A DNA stretch of 64,000 nt from an uncultured Eubacteriales bacterium (lineage in GTDB: Bacteria > Bacillota > Clostridia > Oscillospirales > Acutalibacteraceae): contig CARATB010000002.1 of the NCBI GenBank assembly GCA_948941465.1, forward strand, positions 10,921-74,920, written 5' to 3'. Positions 49,190 through 60,246 of the stretch are shown piece by piece. The notes beneath the pieces are model-generated. The model did not search any database and was not told the DNA's origin. It was given only the letters and a program-made list of their open reading frames with translations. A program made the translations under genes and the position numbers. Position 1 is the first letter of the stretch; each line of letters starts with the position of its first letter.

Positions 49190-51391
49190 TTATAAGTGCA
49201 GAACTCTTTCCTTAATTTCCTGAGTTCTTCCCTGATTCCAGAACTGCGTGCCGATATAACCGCAGGTTCTGCGTGCAACATTCATTTTATCCTGATCCTC
49301 ATTGCCGCACTTAGGACATCTCCACACAAGCTTGCCGTCACCGTTTTCAACAATTTTAATCTCGCCGTCATAGCCGCAGCACTGACAGTAATCGCTCTTG
49401 GTGTTAAGCTCGGCATACATAATATTATCATAGATAAATCTCATAACCTGAAGCACTGCAGGGATATTATCCTGCATATTCGGCACCTCAACATAAGAAA
49501 TTGCACCGCCGGGTGAAAGAGCCTGGAACTCACTCTCAAACTTAAGCTTGGTGAAAGCATCAATCTCCTCAGCCACATGAACATGATATGAGTTTGTAAT
49601 GTAGTTTCTGTCAGTTACACCGGGAATGATACCAAATCTCTTCTGAAGCTGCTTTGCAAATTTATAAGTTGTTGACTCAAGAGGAGTACCGTAAATACTG
49701 TAATCAATATTTTCCTCTTTCTTCCACTTGTTACAAGCATCATTCATATACTGCATAACTGAAAGAGCAAACGGCTTACCGCCATCAGAATCAGTATGTG
49801 ACTTGCCCGTCATATACTTTGTACATTCATAAAGACCTGCATAGCCAAGTGAAATGGTTGAATAACCGTCAAAGAGCAGTCTGTCAATGGTTTCACCCTT
49901 TTTGAGTCTTGCAAGTGCACCATGCTGCCACAAAATCGGTGCAGCATCACTCATTGTGCCCATAAGTCTGTTATGACGGCACTGGAGTGCCCTGTGGCAA
50001 AGGTCAAGACGCTCATCAAATATCTTCCAGAACTTGGTCATATCACCGCCCGATGAGCAGGCGATGTCAACAAGGTTAAGTGTTACAACACCCTGATTGA
50101 AACGACCGTAATATTTCTTTTTACCTTCAACATAGTTCTTGGCATTCGCAATATTTCCAACCCCGTTTTCAGTAAATCTGTCAGGTGTAAGGAATGAACG
50201 GCAGCCCATACAGGTGTAAACATCACCCTTTAAATCAAGCATAACCTTTTCACTGATATAGTCAGGCACCATACGCTTTGCAGTACATCTTGCTGCCAGC
50301 TCTGTAAGATAATAGAACTGTGAATCCTCTTTAATATTATCCTCCTCAAGCACATAAATAAGCTTCGGGAATGCAGGAGTAATCCACTCCCCGCTTTCAT
50401 TTTTAACACCCTGTATTCTCTGCTTGAGAGTTTCCTCAATAATAAGAGCAAGGTCCTTTTTCTCCTGCTCGTTATTCGCCTCGTTAAGATACATAAACAC
50501 GGTAACAAAAGGAGCCTGTCCGTTGGTTGTAAGCAGCGTTACAACCTGATACTGAATAGTCTGTACACCACGGGCAACCTCTTCACGTACTCTTTTTTCC
50601 GTAAGTCCGTTAATCTGCTCCTCGTTCATTTCCACTCCAAATTCAGCAGTTTCAGCAATAACCTCTCTCTTAATCTTTTCACGGCTTACCTGAACGAATG
50701 GTGCAAGATGTGACAGTGAAATAGACTGACCGCCGTACTGACTTGAAGCAACCTGCGCAATAATCTGTGTTGCAATGTTGCAGGCAGTTGAGAATGAATG
50801 CGGCTTTTCAATCATAGTTTCACTGATAACAGTGCCGTTCTGAAGCATATCCTCAAGATTAACAAGGTCACAGTTATGCATATGCTGTGCAAAATAATCA
50901 GCATCGTGAAAATGAATTATACCCTGCTCATGCGCATCAACAATATCCTGGGGCAAAAGAATTCTTTTTGTAATATCCTTTGACACCTCACCGGCCATAT
51001 AGTCACGCTGAACTGAATTGACGGTGGGATTTTTGTTTGAATTTTCCTGCTTAACCTCTTCATTATTACACTCAATCAGTGACAAAATCTGATTATCTGT
51101 AGTATTTGCCTTTCGGATAAGTGAGCGGTTATAGCGGTACTTTACATAAAGCCTTGCAACCTCAAAAGCACCCTGTGCCATAATCTGATTTTCAACTATA
51201 TCCTGAATTTCCTCAACAGAAAATGCTCTGTTCGCCTTAAGTGTTTTAAATTCCACATATTCAGCAATTTCATGAATCTGGCTTTGTGAAAGCTCTTCCT
51301 TCTTGCAGGCAGCATTCGCCTTTGATACGGCTACTATAATTTTATTTATATCAAAATCTGCTTCAGATCCGTTTCTCTTAATAATTTTCAT
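49190..51391 (-). CDS. nrdD: anaerobic ribonucleoside-triphosphate reductase
   Basis: N-terminal ATP cone, the C-terminal Zn ribbon CQCCGY..CPKCG, and the glycyl-radical motif RRTCGYIG. Confidence 0.95.
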   Translation of the reverse strand: MKIIKRNGSEADFDINKIIVAVSKANAACKKEELSQSQIHEIAEYVEFKTLKANRAFSVEEIQDIVENQIMAQGAFEVARLYVKYRYNRSLIRKANTTDNQILSLIECNNEEVKQENSNKNPTVNSVQRDYMAGEVSKDITKRILLPQDIVDAHEQGIIHFHDADYFAQHMHNCDLVNLEDMLQNGTVISETMIEKPHSFSTACNIATQIIAQVASSQYGGQSISLSHLAPFVQVSREKIKREVIAETAEFGVEMNEEQINGLTEKRVREEVARGVQTIQYQVVTLLTTNGQAPFVTVFMYLNEANNEQEKKDLALIIEETLKQRIQGVKNESGEWITPAFPKLIYVLEEDNIKEDSQFYYLTELAARCTAKRMVPDYISEKVMLDLKGDVYTCMGCRSFLTPDRFTENGVGNIANAKNYVEGKKKYYGRFNQGVVTLNLVDIACSSGGDMTKFWKIFDERLDLCHRALQCRHNRLMGTMSDAAPILWQHGALARLKKGETIDRLLFDGYSTISLGYAGLYECTKYMTGKSHTDSDGGKPFALSVMQYMNDACNKWKKEENIDYSIYGTPLESTTYKFAKQLQKRFGIIPGVTDRNYITNSYHVHVAEEIDAFTKLKFESEFQALSPGGAISYVEVPNMQDNIPAVLQVMRFIYDNIMYAELNTKSDYCQCCGYDGEIKIVENGDGKLVWRCPKCGNEDQDKMNVARRTCGYIGTQFWNQGRTQEIKERVLHL

Positions 51392-51500
51392 TGTTTATTA
51401 CCCCATAAAAGTTGTTACAAAATAGTTACATTCAAAATAAGTGACTGGATTTATAATATCAAATAAATAGTATTATGTCAATAGCAAACAGCAAAATAAA

Positions 51501-51552
51501 TACAACATCTTGTGTCTATTATTTTAATTGAACGTTACAATACGTATATGTA
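51501..51552. promoter_or_regulatory. candidate NrdR boxes upstream of nrdD
   Basis: TACAACATCTTGTGTC and ACAATACGTATATGTA resemble the acaCwAtATaTwGtgt consensus. The centre-to-centre spacing of about 35-36 bp is longer than the usual 31-32 bp. Confidence 0.4.
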
Positions 51553-51681
51553 GATAAATAGATCTTTGCTGTAAAACTGTGGAATTTCACACATCATCAA
51601 TGATTTTAACGGTTACAAAATAAAAAAACATATTTCTGCAAAAAATAAGAGCAGATATATAATCCACTCTTATACGAAAAC

Positions 51682-52116
51682 TTATTTTTCTTCAGGAAGC
51701 TGATCAACACCGTTTATAGCATCCTTCAAACCGAGGTCATTCTTTATCATGGTGGTTGAAACACCGGGTGTTCTGTCAAGGAAAACCAGCTCGCAGTGCT
51801 CTTTCAGATAGTCGAACTTGTCACTGCCTGCCCAGTCACCGCCCATAACAACCGTATCAATATGATACGCCTTAACATCATCAAGCTTCTGCTCCCAGCA
51901 GTTTTCAGGAATAACAAGGTCAACATAACGGATTGCCTCAAGCATCTTTTTCCTTGTTTCATAGGAATGATAGGCCTTTTTGCCTTTTCCTGCATTGAAC
52001 TCATCTGTTGAAAGTGCAACAACAAGATAATCTCCCATTGCCTTTGCTCTCTTCAAAAGTCTGATATGACCGTAATGAAGCAAATCAAAAGTGCCGTATG
52101 TTAAAATTCTTTTCAT
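51682..52116 (-). CDS. tagD: glycerol-3-phosphate cytidylyltransferase
   Basis: TYGTFDLLHYGHIRLL is the HxGH cytidylyltransferase motif. 144 aa. Confidence 0.85.
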   Translation of the reverse strand: MKRILTYGTFDLLHYGHIRLLKRAKAMGDYLVVALSTDEFNAGKGKKAYHSYETRKKMLEAIRYVDLVIPENCWEQKLDDVKAYHIDTVVMGGDWAGSDKFDYLKEHCELVFLDRTPGVSTTMIKNDLGLKDAINGVDQLPEEK

Positions 52117-52166
52117 ATTTTATCTCCAATATAATAATTAATAATTTTATTAAATCATAATATACA

Positions 52167-52880
52167 TTATATGTCAAGTATGTCCTTTATAACCTCACCT
52201 GCAATAATAAGACCTACCACTGAAGGAACAAACGCATTGCTCGCAGGTATTGAGCGCCTGCCCTGCTGAATTTCTCCACAGTCACAAACCGGCTTTAATG
52301 GCTCCTCCTTTGAATAAACAACCTTCAGATGTTTAACACTGCGTGCCTTCAGCTCTCTACGCATTACCTTTGCAAGCGGACAAACAGAGGTTTTATAAAT
52401 ATCACTGACCTCAAAACGTGTGGGGTCAAGCTTATTTCCTGCACCCATTGAGCTGATAATCGGCGTGCCTGCTTTTTCGCACTGCACTGCAAGCTCAATT
52501 TTACCTGACACAGTGTCAATTGCATCAACCACATAATCATATAAACTGAAATCAAATTCATCTGCCGTTTCGGCAGTAAAAAACGTCTGATAACAATTCA
52601 CATTACAATTGGGATTTATTTCTAAAATTCTATCCCTTGCAGCGTCAACCTTTAACTGACCTACTGTTTTATGTGTAGCAATAATCTGCCTGTTGATGTT
52701 TGACAAACTGACGGTGTCGTTATCAATCAAATCAATTGTGCCCACACCTGTTCTTGCCAATGCCTCAACAGCGTAACCGCCGACACCGCCAACACCGAAT
52801 ACGGCAACACGTGAAATATTAAGTTTCTTTATACCATCGCTGCCGAACATCATACGGCTTCGTGAAAACTGATTATCCAT
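52167..52880 (-). CDS. tcdA: tRNA threonylcarbamoyladenosine dehydratase (ThiF/MoeB-like E1 fold)
   Basis: Contains VAVFGVGGVGGYAVEALARTGVG and DNDTVSLSNINRQ motifs. Confidence 0.8.
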   Translation of the reverse strand: MDNQFSRSRMMFGSDGIKKLNISRVAVFGVGGVGGYAVEALARTGVGTIDLIDNDTVSLSNINRQIIATHKTVGQLKVDAARDRILEINPNCNVNCYQTFFTAETADEFDFSLYDYVVDAIDTVSGKIELAVQCEKAGTPIISSMGAGNKLDPTRFEVSDIYKTSVCPLAKVMRRELKARSVKHLKVVYSKEEPLKPVCDCGEIQQGRRSIPASNAFVPSVVGLIIAGEVIKDILDI

Positions 52881-52881
52881 A

Positions 52882-53328
52882 CTATATATAATACTCGTCT
52901 GTCTTTTTAGCTCTGTCGTTGTCGATTATATCCTGAAGGGTAATAGAATCAAGATAATCGGTTATCGTTTTATAAAGTCCCTGCCACATCGGAAGAGTAG
53001 GGCAGATTTCGCATTTTTCACAGGTATTAGGCTCATAATCAAGACACACAACAGGAGCAAGACTGCCCTCTGTAATTCTGAGGATATCACCAACAGTATA
53101 TTTATCCGGAGCCTTTGCAAGCATATATCCGCCCTGAAAGCCCCTTGTAGTCCTCAGCACACCCGATTTATTCAGCATAGGAACAATCTGCTCCAAATAC
53201 TTTTTGGAAATATCCTGTCTTTCGGCAATGTCTTTCAGAGCCACATAGCCGTTATTTTGATTTTCGGCTAAATCAAGCATCAGCCTTAAGGCATATCTGC
53301 CCTTAGTTGATATTTTCAAAATCATCAC
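52882..53328 (-). CDS. Rrf2-family transcriptional regulator (three-Cys cluster type)
   Basis: ISTKGRYALRLMLDLA.. is the wHTH. C..(6)C..(2)C lies near residue 100. Confidence 0.85.
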   Translation of the reverse strand: MMILKISTKGRYALRLMLDLAENQNNGYVALKDIAERQDISKKYLEQIVPMLNKSGVLRTTRGFQGGYMLAKAPDKYTVGDILRITEGSLAPVVCLDYEPNTCEKCEICPTLPMWQGLYKTITDYLDSITLQDIIDNDRAKKTDEYYI

Positions 53329-53380
53329 CTCTGTAATTACCTATTATAACATAGGTTTTATATGTTTTCAACAATATGAA

Positions 53381-55009
53381 TCAGAGTATTCTCCCCTCAG
53401 AAATATTGAACTTAAACACATCGTTCTTCGTTTTGATACAGGCAATATGATCAACAATTTCTGCACTGATGATTTCTGCTTTATCACAGCTTATTGTCTG
53501 AGTGAAAATATTCATCTGCTCATCTGTATAGGTTGAAACATCATCACTTACAAAAAGTAGATTACCGAGCATACTGTTAACTTTGGCAACAATTTTCCTC
53601 TGACTCATCGGCATTTTGATATTATTATCACGCAGCAGAAAAACATCCGGGTCATTCAGCCACGCTCTGCCGTCAAGATGCCGGCGGTAAATGGTATTCG
53701 TTAAAGTATTTATTGTTGAAACATCCTCACGTGAAAATGGTTTTTTATTCCAGCTCAATGCCACATCGGCTCCGATTCGGCAAAAATCGACCTTACCGAA
53801 AGCAGGTGCAAGAGGAACTCCGCAGCCAAGAATAATTTTATCACCGCACCATTCTCTGATTAAATCCATAGCTTCGCACATTATTTCGCCACGGCTTTTA
53901 TTATGAATAGGTCTTTGACAGCAGGCATAAAGAAAATCCAGTTTCACCATATCATAGCCCCAGTCATTAAGCACTGTGTCAAAAACATTTTTCAGATGCG
54001 CACGCACCTCTTTATTATAAATATCAAGAGCATAAAAGCCGCCCCAGTTCTGAGAGGAATAATGATATTTGCCATTTTCATCGGTAACAAGCCAGTCCTT
54101 ATGCTTCTTAAAGACATTCGACTTAGGTGTTACAGCAAAGGGGGCGAGCCATAAGCCTGCAAGCATATCGTTTTTATGAATACGATCTGCAACGACCTTC
54201 ATTCCGTCAGGAAATTTTTTTGAATCGGTTTCAAGCCAGTCGCCTACTGTACGCTCATATCCGTCATCAATCTGAAAAATATCTATCTTTGTATCAAGCT
54301 TTGAAATCGCCTTTAAATCACGCTTAACAATATCCTGTGTGACCTTGGTGTAGTAATTATACCATGTCGTGTAGCCGCACTTTCTGTCAGCTCTCGGTTT
54401 TGGAACATTCATAAGAGTGAAATATCTGTCAAAAACAGAATTATATTCACCACGGATTATTACTGCATCAAGTACTCTTTTTTCACTGTCAAAGGATACA
54501 CCTTCCAAATCCTTGGCAATCGTCAAAGTGTTTTTGTTTGTATCAAAGGTAAAGACAGTATAGCCTGCTCTTTCACTCAGCGAGCCGAAAAGAGTAAGCG
54601 CATTCCCCTTTCTTACATAAGCATAGGAATAGCCGTAGAACAGCCCTTGCTTTTCAGGATAATCGTGCCAGAGCAAATCTCCTGCACCCCAAATCCCTAA
54701 AGGATTGAATTTAGATTTTTTAACACCTAAAAATCTCGGATTAAATTCATCCATAGCCTCATTCGGTGAATACTCTCTGCTTACAGTCCAGCTTTGGTAT
54801 CCGTTTGTAAAAATCCGCTCATCACTGTTAACCTGATAATCAGCAGTAAGCTCGAACTTCCTGAATTCAATTTTTCGTTTTGGAAATACAGTAACCGACA
54901 ATCGACTTTCATCGCTGTCAATACTGAGAATAAAATCCTCATTACTGCAATCAGTGTTTTTTTTAATTCTGCCATCTGCATAATATTCAAAGTTACATTT
55001 CCAATTCAT
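53381..55009 (-). CDS. alpha-galactosidase-like glycoside hydrolase (clan GH-D, GH36-like)
   Basis: Contains GYTTWYNYY, IFQIDDGYE..GDW, GLWLAPF and MVKLDFLY motifs. Confidence 0.7.
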   Translation of the reverse strand: MNWKCNFEYYADGRIKKNTDCSNEDFILSIDSDESRLSVTVFPKRKIEFRKFELTADYQVNSDERIFTNGYQSWTVSREYSPNEAMDEFNPRFLGVKKSKFNPLGIWGAGDLLWHDYPEKQGLFYGYSYAYVRKGNALTLFGSLSERAGYTVFTFDTNKNTLTIAKDLEGVSFDSEKRVLDAVIIRGEYNSVFDRYFTLMNVPKPRADRKCGYTTWYNYYTKVTQDIVKRDLKAISKLDTKIDIFQIDDGYERTVGDWLETDSKKFPDGMKVVADRIHKNDMLAGLWLAPFAVTPKSNVFKKHKDWLVTDENGKYHYSSQNWGGFYALDIYNKEVRAHLKNVFDTVLNDWGYDMVKLDFLYACCQRPIHNKSRGEIMCEAMDLIREWCGDKIILGCGVPLAPAFGKVDFCRIGADVALSWNKKPFSREDVSTINTLTNTIYRRHLDGRAWLNDPDVFLLRDNNIKMPMSQRKIVAKVNSMLGNLLFVSDDVSTYTDEQMNIFTQTISCDKAEIISAEIVDHIACIKTKNDVFKFNISEGRIL

Positions 55010-55108
55010 ATGAATATCTCCTTATTTAATACTATTATTTTACTATATTTTTACAAATATTGCAATGAAAGAGTTTTTCGGTTATTATTATATCAGTGAG
55101 GTACCGAT

Positions 55109-56605
55109 ATGATCAAGTTAATTCCTGAACCGTCATATATTAATATCATAAATAATGAAAAACACAAAATTGGCCATATTACCCTTGGCGAAAATGCGCT
55201 CAGCAGTGCGGCAAAGAACGACTTTTTATCATTCTGCAAACGTCCTCAAGGCGAGGCAAATATAATATTTAAAACAGATAACAGCCTTGACCATGAAGAA
55301 TATATCATTAAAACAGGTGAAAAAATTATTATTGATGCATCAGGAGCTGCCGGTCAGCTTTACGCCCTGCAAACGCTTAAACAGCTGCTGTTTGCGTATA
55401 ACTTTAATATTCCCTGTATTGAAATAAAAGATAAGCCAAAATATAAAATACGCGGATTTATGCTTGACGTCGGCAGATATTTTTACTCAGTTGATGATGT
55501 TAAGCTGATTATAAGAAAAATGGCAGTCCACAAGCTGAATTTTTTCCACTTTCATCTGACCGAGGATCAGGGCTGGAGAATTGAAATAAAAAAATATCCC
55601 CTGCTTACGGAAAAAGGTGCAATGCGTACAAAAACCAATTTTAATAACAAGCCGCACGGCGGATTTTATACACAGCAGGAAATTAAAGAAATAGTAAGCT
55701 ATGCACATGATTTCAATATTAAGATAATGCCCGAATATGACATACCGGGTCACAGCCGTTCAGCTATTGCCTGCTATAAGGATTTAACCTGCTTCCCGCG
55801 TGATTTGCCTGTTGCCGATCACTGGGGAGTAAAGCACGATATCCTCTGTGTCGGAAAAGAAAGCACCATACAATTTGTTAAAGATATTATAGACGAAATG
55901 TGTGTGCTTTTCCCTGACGAATATTTCCATATCGGTGGTGATGAGGTACCTAAGCACAGATGGAATTTGTGCCCTCACTGTCAGGCAAAAATCAAAAAGC
56001 TTGGTTTAAGGGACAGCGAGGATTTGCAGTGTTGGTTTATGAACACAATAAAAGAATACTGTAAAGCAAAGGGCAAACAGGTGTTTATGTGGAGCTGGGA
56101 CCTGAAGGATGAAGGCAGTCTTGATACCGACTTAGGCTTTTCAAAATGCGGTGAAATGAACACCGGCAACAGACCTTTTATTGACACAAGCACATCGGCA
56201 TATTACATTGATCTGCCATATGGCTATATAAGCCTTAAAGACACTGCCGAGCACAAGCCATTCAACGGAAACTGTCTTGGAATTGAAGCGGCACTATGGA
56301 CAGAATATGTTCCTGATATGAAAAAAGCAGATTTAATGACATTCCCGCGTCTTGGTGCTGTGTGTGAAACGGCATGGCACGGAGAATGCAGCTGGAAAGG
56401 CTTTGAACAAAAGCTTGACTTTTACTATTCCTACCTTGACAAATTGAACTGGGGATATGCAGATATTGCTATGGCAAATCCGAACAGGCTAAGAGGCACG
56501 GCACAGGTGCTCTGGTTTGAACGGCGTCAGCTTGCCTGGGAAGGCTTAACAAATATATTTGACGATAAGAAAATAGAGAAAATTGCAAAAGCAAATAAGC
56601 AATAA
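55109..56605 (+). CDS. beta-N-acetylhexosaminidase (GH20)
   Basis: Contains IRGFMLDVGRYF, FHFHLTEDQGWRIEIKKYP, DIPGH and HIGGDEV motifs. Confidence 0.88.
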   Translation: MIKLIPEPSYINIINNEKHKIGHITLGENALSSAAKNDFLSFCKRPQGEANIIFKTDNSLDHEEYIIKTGEKIIIDASGAAGQLYALQTLKQLLFAYNFNIPCIEIKDKPKYKIRGFMLDVGRYFYSVDDVKLIIRKMAVHKLNFFHFHLTEDQGWRIEIKKYPLLTEKGAMRTKTNFNNKPHGGFYTQQEIKEIVSYAHDFNIKIMPEYDIPGHSRSAIACYKDLTCFPRDLPVADHWGVKHDILCVGKESTIQFVKDIIDEMCVLFPDEYFHIGGDEVPKHRWNLCPHCQAKIKKLGLRDSEDLQCWFMNTIKEYCKAKGKQVFMWSWDLKDEGSLDTDLGFSKCGEMNTGNRPFIDTSTSAYYIDLPYGYISLKDTAEHKPFNGNCLGIEAALWTEYVPDMKKADLMTFPRLGAVCETAWHGECSWKGFEQKLDFYYSYLDKLNWGYADIAMANPNRLRGTAQVLWFERRQLAWEGLTNIFDDKKIEKIAKANKQ

Positions 56606-56606
56606 A

Positions 56607-56642
56607 ACAAAACAGCAAGCGTTTATTCGCTTGCTGTTTTTG
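56607..56642. terminator. bidirectional intrinsic terminator
   Basis: AACAGCAAGCG-TTTATT-CGCTTGCTGTT flanked by an A-run and a T-run. Confidence 0.75.
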
Positions 56643-56692
56643 TTATGTGTGTGTTTAGAAAATCTGATGTCAATTGTGATTGTGTTTAATAC

Positions 56693-59287
56693 TTAGTTTA
56701 TCTCCTCCTTCAATGTTTCAACGATACTGTCGTTTTTGATTTTATGAACCGAGTAAATCATAGTCATTCCGACTATAACAAACACAGCCCCTATTACCGC
56801 AAGGTACATAAGCCAGTTGATTTCAAACGGAATCATTTCCTCACCGAGTCCCTTATTAATACCAAAGCTTACAAGCACACTGATAGGCAGTGCAAATACC
56901 AAAGCTTTTATACCATAAAAGGCACTTTCAAGAACAACCATTTTATTGAAACCGCTTGGTGTGATACCTACGGATTTAAACATTGCAAATTCCTTTTTCC
57001 TGAGCATTGTGCTGTTTGAAATCGTATTAATAATATTAAACAGTGTTATTAAAGTAATCAAAGCAATGAAGCCATAAACAAACACCTGCATTACAAACAT
57101 GATTGTGTTCATCATCTGAAATTGTTCAATCGTATCAGCAACATACGCATTGCCTAAATCTTTTGTGTTAAACACATCCTTAATATCATCATAAACCTGC
57201 TCATGCTCCTTTGTTTCAATACCTAAACTGTAGGTAAGCTGAGTTTTATCAAAGCCGTCATAAATAACATTCTTATAAACGCTTACGGGAACATAGCATG
57301 AAATACTGTTTGAAGGGTTTAAACCAAGAACATAATTATCCTTATCATAATCAACAAAGCCTGCTATCTCGACATCACATTTGTGACTTTCATCCATGTT
57401 ATCAAAGAAATCAAATTTTGTACCGAGAATTTTTTCATCAAATACCTTTGATGAATTTTCCTTGTGATTGACATTATTCATTAACAATGCTTTTGCTTCG
57501 CCGTTATAAAACTGCTTGTAATCAATATCATTATCTTGGCAAAGCTTGTTGAAGTCCTCATCATCAATGCCATTAATCATAAAGTATGTTCTGCTTTCAA
57601 ACAAATCGCTGTATTTATCTGTAAGATTTTCTTTTTTACAAAAAGCCTCGCTGACTGATTTTGCAATCAACGGGTCATCCTTTTTTTCTGAAGAAAGATA
57701 AAAGTGTGAGTTATTTACACTGTAATAACGATCAACATTATTAATCTTTTTAAGTTCCTTTATAACGCCATCATAATACTGCTCATCCATAGTAATCTGG
57801 AGCTGATAAGGAATATCAACACTCATATCAGCTGCCTGCATAAACACCTGGCAGAAATAGTTACAGCTTAAAAACAGGATTACGGAAAGTGCAATTGATG
57901 CAGTAATAACTCTTGCTTTTCTTCCGTTGCGCTTTAAGTTTTTATTGGCAAGCTCACCCTCGTAGCCAAAGAGTGTTCTGATAATTTTAGGTGATTTCAG
58001 CTTCTTCGCCTTAACCTTTATCTCCTGCCTTTGTCTGATAGCATCAATTGGGGTAACTGAGGATGCTTTTTTTGACGGAATAAAGGAGGAGATAAAGATT
58101 GTTAGCACACTGAATATAACAATACCGATAATCGCCCAAAGAGGCACAACAACATCAAAGGATGTATTTGCTTCATTCACACCGTTAAGCATTCCTGTTG
58201 AAATGATTTTGCTGCCCACCGCTTTAAGCGTGATACCTATACCTGCTATACCTGAAAGAATACCGACAGGAATACCGATTGCACCAAGAATAATGCCCTC
58301 ATAATAAGCTGACATTTTCTTCTGTGCCTTTGTTGCACCCACACTTGCCAGCATACCGAGATAGCGGACACGTTCGTTAATGGACATAGCAAAGGAGTTG
58401 TAAATCAGTACAACCGATGCAATCATAATGATAATAAGAATAACGAGTACAATCGGCAGAAGGCTGAAAACATCGCTGTTTTGGTCAATAGCAAGCTTTG
58501 ACGCAAGGTATTCACTGTTTTTACTCCAATCCGTTATATTATGCTCCTTAACAATATCCTTAATTACATTAACGGATTTATAATTAACTGTTTTAAGATT
58601 AGCCGTAGCCGTAACAACTTCACCGTTAGCAAGCTTAAGCTCAGACATATTAAGTCCTCTTATAATGCTGTACTGAGCTGTCGGCGGATTATCCTTAAAT
58701 ATGGCAGTAATTTTAAATTCGCCGATTTCTTCAACGTCAAATTCTTCCTCACCTGAAAAATAACTGCCCTTGACCTCCATTTTCTCACCGCTGTCAATCG
58801 TATAACGAAGACCCAGCGGAATGGAAACGGTGTCACCTATTTTCCAGTCAAGCTTATTCAAATCAATAAGCTCCTGCTCAACAGCAATTTCTCTGCTGTT
58901 CTGGGGCAGCTCACCCTCATAATCACCGATTACCATCTGCTTGAGGTTAATCGGGTCACCGCAGTAAACCTCACCTGTTCCGGCACGTGAGGAGCTTTTC
59001 TTCTCAAGCTGATATGATGGTGAAAACAGTTTGCTTTCAACGCCGACAGCACTCAGTCTGTCATCCTTTTTCAGCTCCTCAAGCTGTTTGGCATCCACAT
59101 CAAAAACAACATCCTTGTGACCCATCTGCCTATATGAAATGGTACCATCAAGATTTAAAAATGATGCAATAGCAACGAATACGGCAGTAATCATTGCAAC
59201 AGAAACAATGATACCAAGTGTTGTAACAACTGATCTTCCCTTGTTTTCCTTAAGATGACGAAGGGTTAATTTATTAACGATATTCAC
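56693..59287 (-). CDS. FtsX-like ABC transporter permease (BceB/MacB-type, 864 aa, two FtsX modules)
   Basis: N-terminal LRHLKENKGRSVVTTLGIIVSVAM is typical of this type. Large extracytoplasmic loops. Overlaps the ATPase gene. Confidence 0.8.
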   Translation of the reverse strand: MNIVNKLTLRHLKENKGRSVVTTLGIIVSVAMITAVFVAIASFLNLDGTISYRQMGHKDVVFDVDAKQLEELKKDDRLSAVGVESKLFSPSYQLEKKSSSRAGTGEVYCGDPINLKQMVIGDYEGELPQNSREIAVEQELIDLNKLDWKIGDTVSIPLGLRYTIDSGEKMEVKGSYFSGEEEFDVEEIGEFKITAIFKDNPPTAQYSIIRGLNMSELKLANGEVVTATANLKTVNYKSVNVIKDIVKEHNITDWSKNSEYLASKLAIDQNSDVFSLLPIVLVILIIIMIASVVLIYNSFAMSINERVRYLGMLASVGATKAQKKMSAYYEGIILGAIGIPVGILSGIAGIGITLKAVGSKIISTGMLNGVNEANTSFDVVVPLWAIIGIVIFSVLTIFISSFIPSKKASSVTPIDAIRQRQEIKVKAKKLKSPKIIRTLFGYEGELANKNLKRNGRKARVITASIALSVILFLSCNYFCQVFMQAADMSVDIPYQLQITMDEQYYDGVIKELKKINNVDRYYSVNNSHFYLSSEKKDDPLIAKSVSEAFCKKENLTDKYSDLFESRTYFMINGIDDEDFNKLCQDNDIDYKQFYNGEAKALLMNNVNHKENSSKVFDEKILGTKFDFFDNMDESHKCDVEIAGFVDYDKDNYVLGLNPSNSISCYVPVSVYKNVIYDGFDKTQLTYSLGIETKEHEQVYDDIKDVFNTKDLGNAYVADTIEQFQMMNTIMFVMQVFVYGFIALITLITLFNIINTISNSTMLRKKEFAMFKSVGITPSGFNKMVVLESAFYGIKALVFALPISVLVSFGINKGLGEEMIPFEINWLMYLAVIGAVFVIVGMTMIYSVHKIKNDSIVETLKEEIN

Positions 59288-59966
59288 CCATTCTCACCTC
59301 ATCCCTTGTAATTTTGCCGTCCTCAATTGAAATAACTCTGTCGGCTGCCAATGCAATTTTTTCATCATGTGTGATAATAATAACAGTCTGTTTCTGCTCT
59401 TTGTTGAACTTTCTGAGCAGGGTCATTATCTCTCGGCTGTTCTCACTGTCCAGGTTACCTGTGGGCTCATCTGCAAGGAGTAAAGCAGGATTATTGACAA
59501 GTGCTCTGCCGATTGATACCCTCTGCTGCTGACCGCCTGAAAGCTGACTCGGCAAATGTGTAAGCCTTTTGGAAAGTCCCAACTTTTCAATCAGACTATC
59601 CGTGATTCTTTTATCAGGCTTTCTGCCGTCAAGCAGAAGCGGAAGCGTTAAATTTTCCTCAACAGTTAAAATAGGAATTAAATTATAAAACTGATAAATA
59701 AGTCCGATCTGTCTGCGTCTGAAAATTGCAAGTGCTGTTTCGTTGAGTGTTGAGATGTCAGTATTGTTGATTATAACCTGACCGCTTGTGGGCGTATCAA
59801 CACCGCCGAGAATATGGAGCATTGTTGACTTTCCTGAGCCTGACGGACCAATGATTGCCACAAACTCACCCTGCTCAACGCTGAAGGATACATTGTCAAG
59901 GGCTTTAACCATTGTATCGCCCTTTCCATAGGTTTTGGATAAATTTTTAACTTCAAGAATTTTCAT
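59274..59966 (-). CDS. ABC transporter ATP-binding protein (MacB/BceA-like)
   Basis: Contains GPSGSGKST, LSGGQQQRVSIGRAL and LLADEPTGNLD motifs. Confidence 0.9.
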   Translation of the reverse strand: MKILEVKNLSKTYGKGDTMVKALDNVSFSVEQGEFVAIIGPSGSGKSTMLHILGGVDTPTSGQVIINNTDISTLNETALAIFRRRQIGLIYQFYNLIPILTVEENLTLPLLLDGRKPDKRITDSLIEKLGLSKRLTHLPSQLSGGQQQRVSIGRALVNNPALLLADEPTGNLDSENSREIMTLLRKFNKEQKQTVIIITHDEKIALAADRVISIEDGKITRDEVRMGEYR

Positions 59967-60246
59967 AAGAATTTATCTCCTTTCGTTCTTCGTATAATAA
60001 AGAGTAGTCATTTATGTGATTTCCCTTTCTGTCTATCATTCTAATTTGTCAACCTTACAGACAGGTGACTATTAAATTACAATTTTGTCACTTACATAAT
60101 AGCACAAAAAGTCAAGCATTTCATAAAATTATGTGATATACTTCACTGCATAAAGCAAACGCAGGAAAAATTTTACTTGCAAAATGTGTTTTACTGTGCT
60201 ATGCTGAATTTATTATAAATCAAATTTACAGGAGGTGAACATCGTT

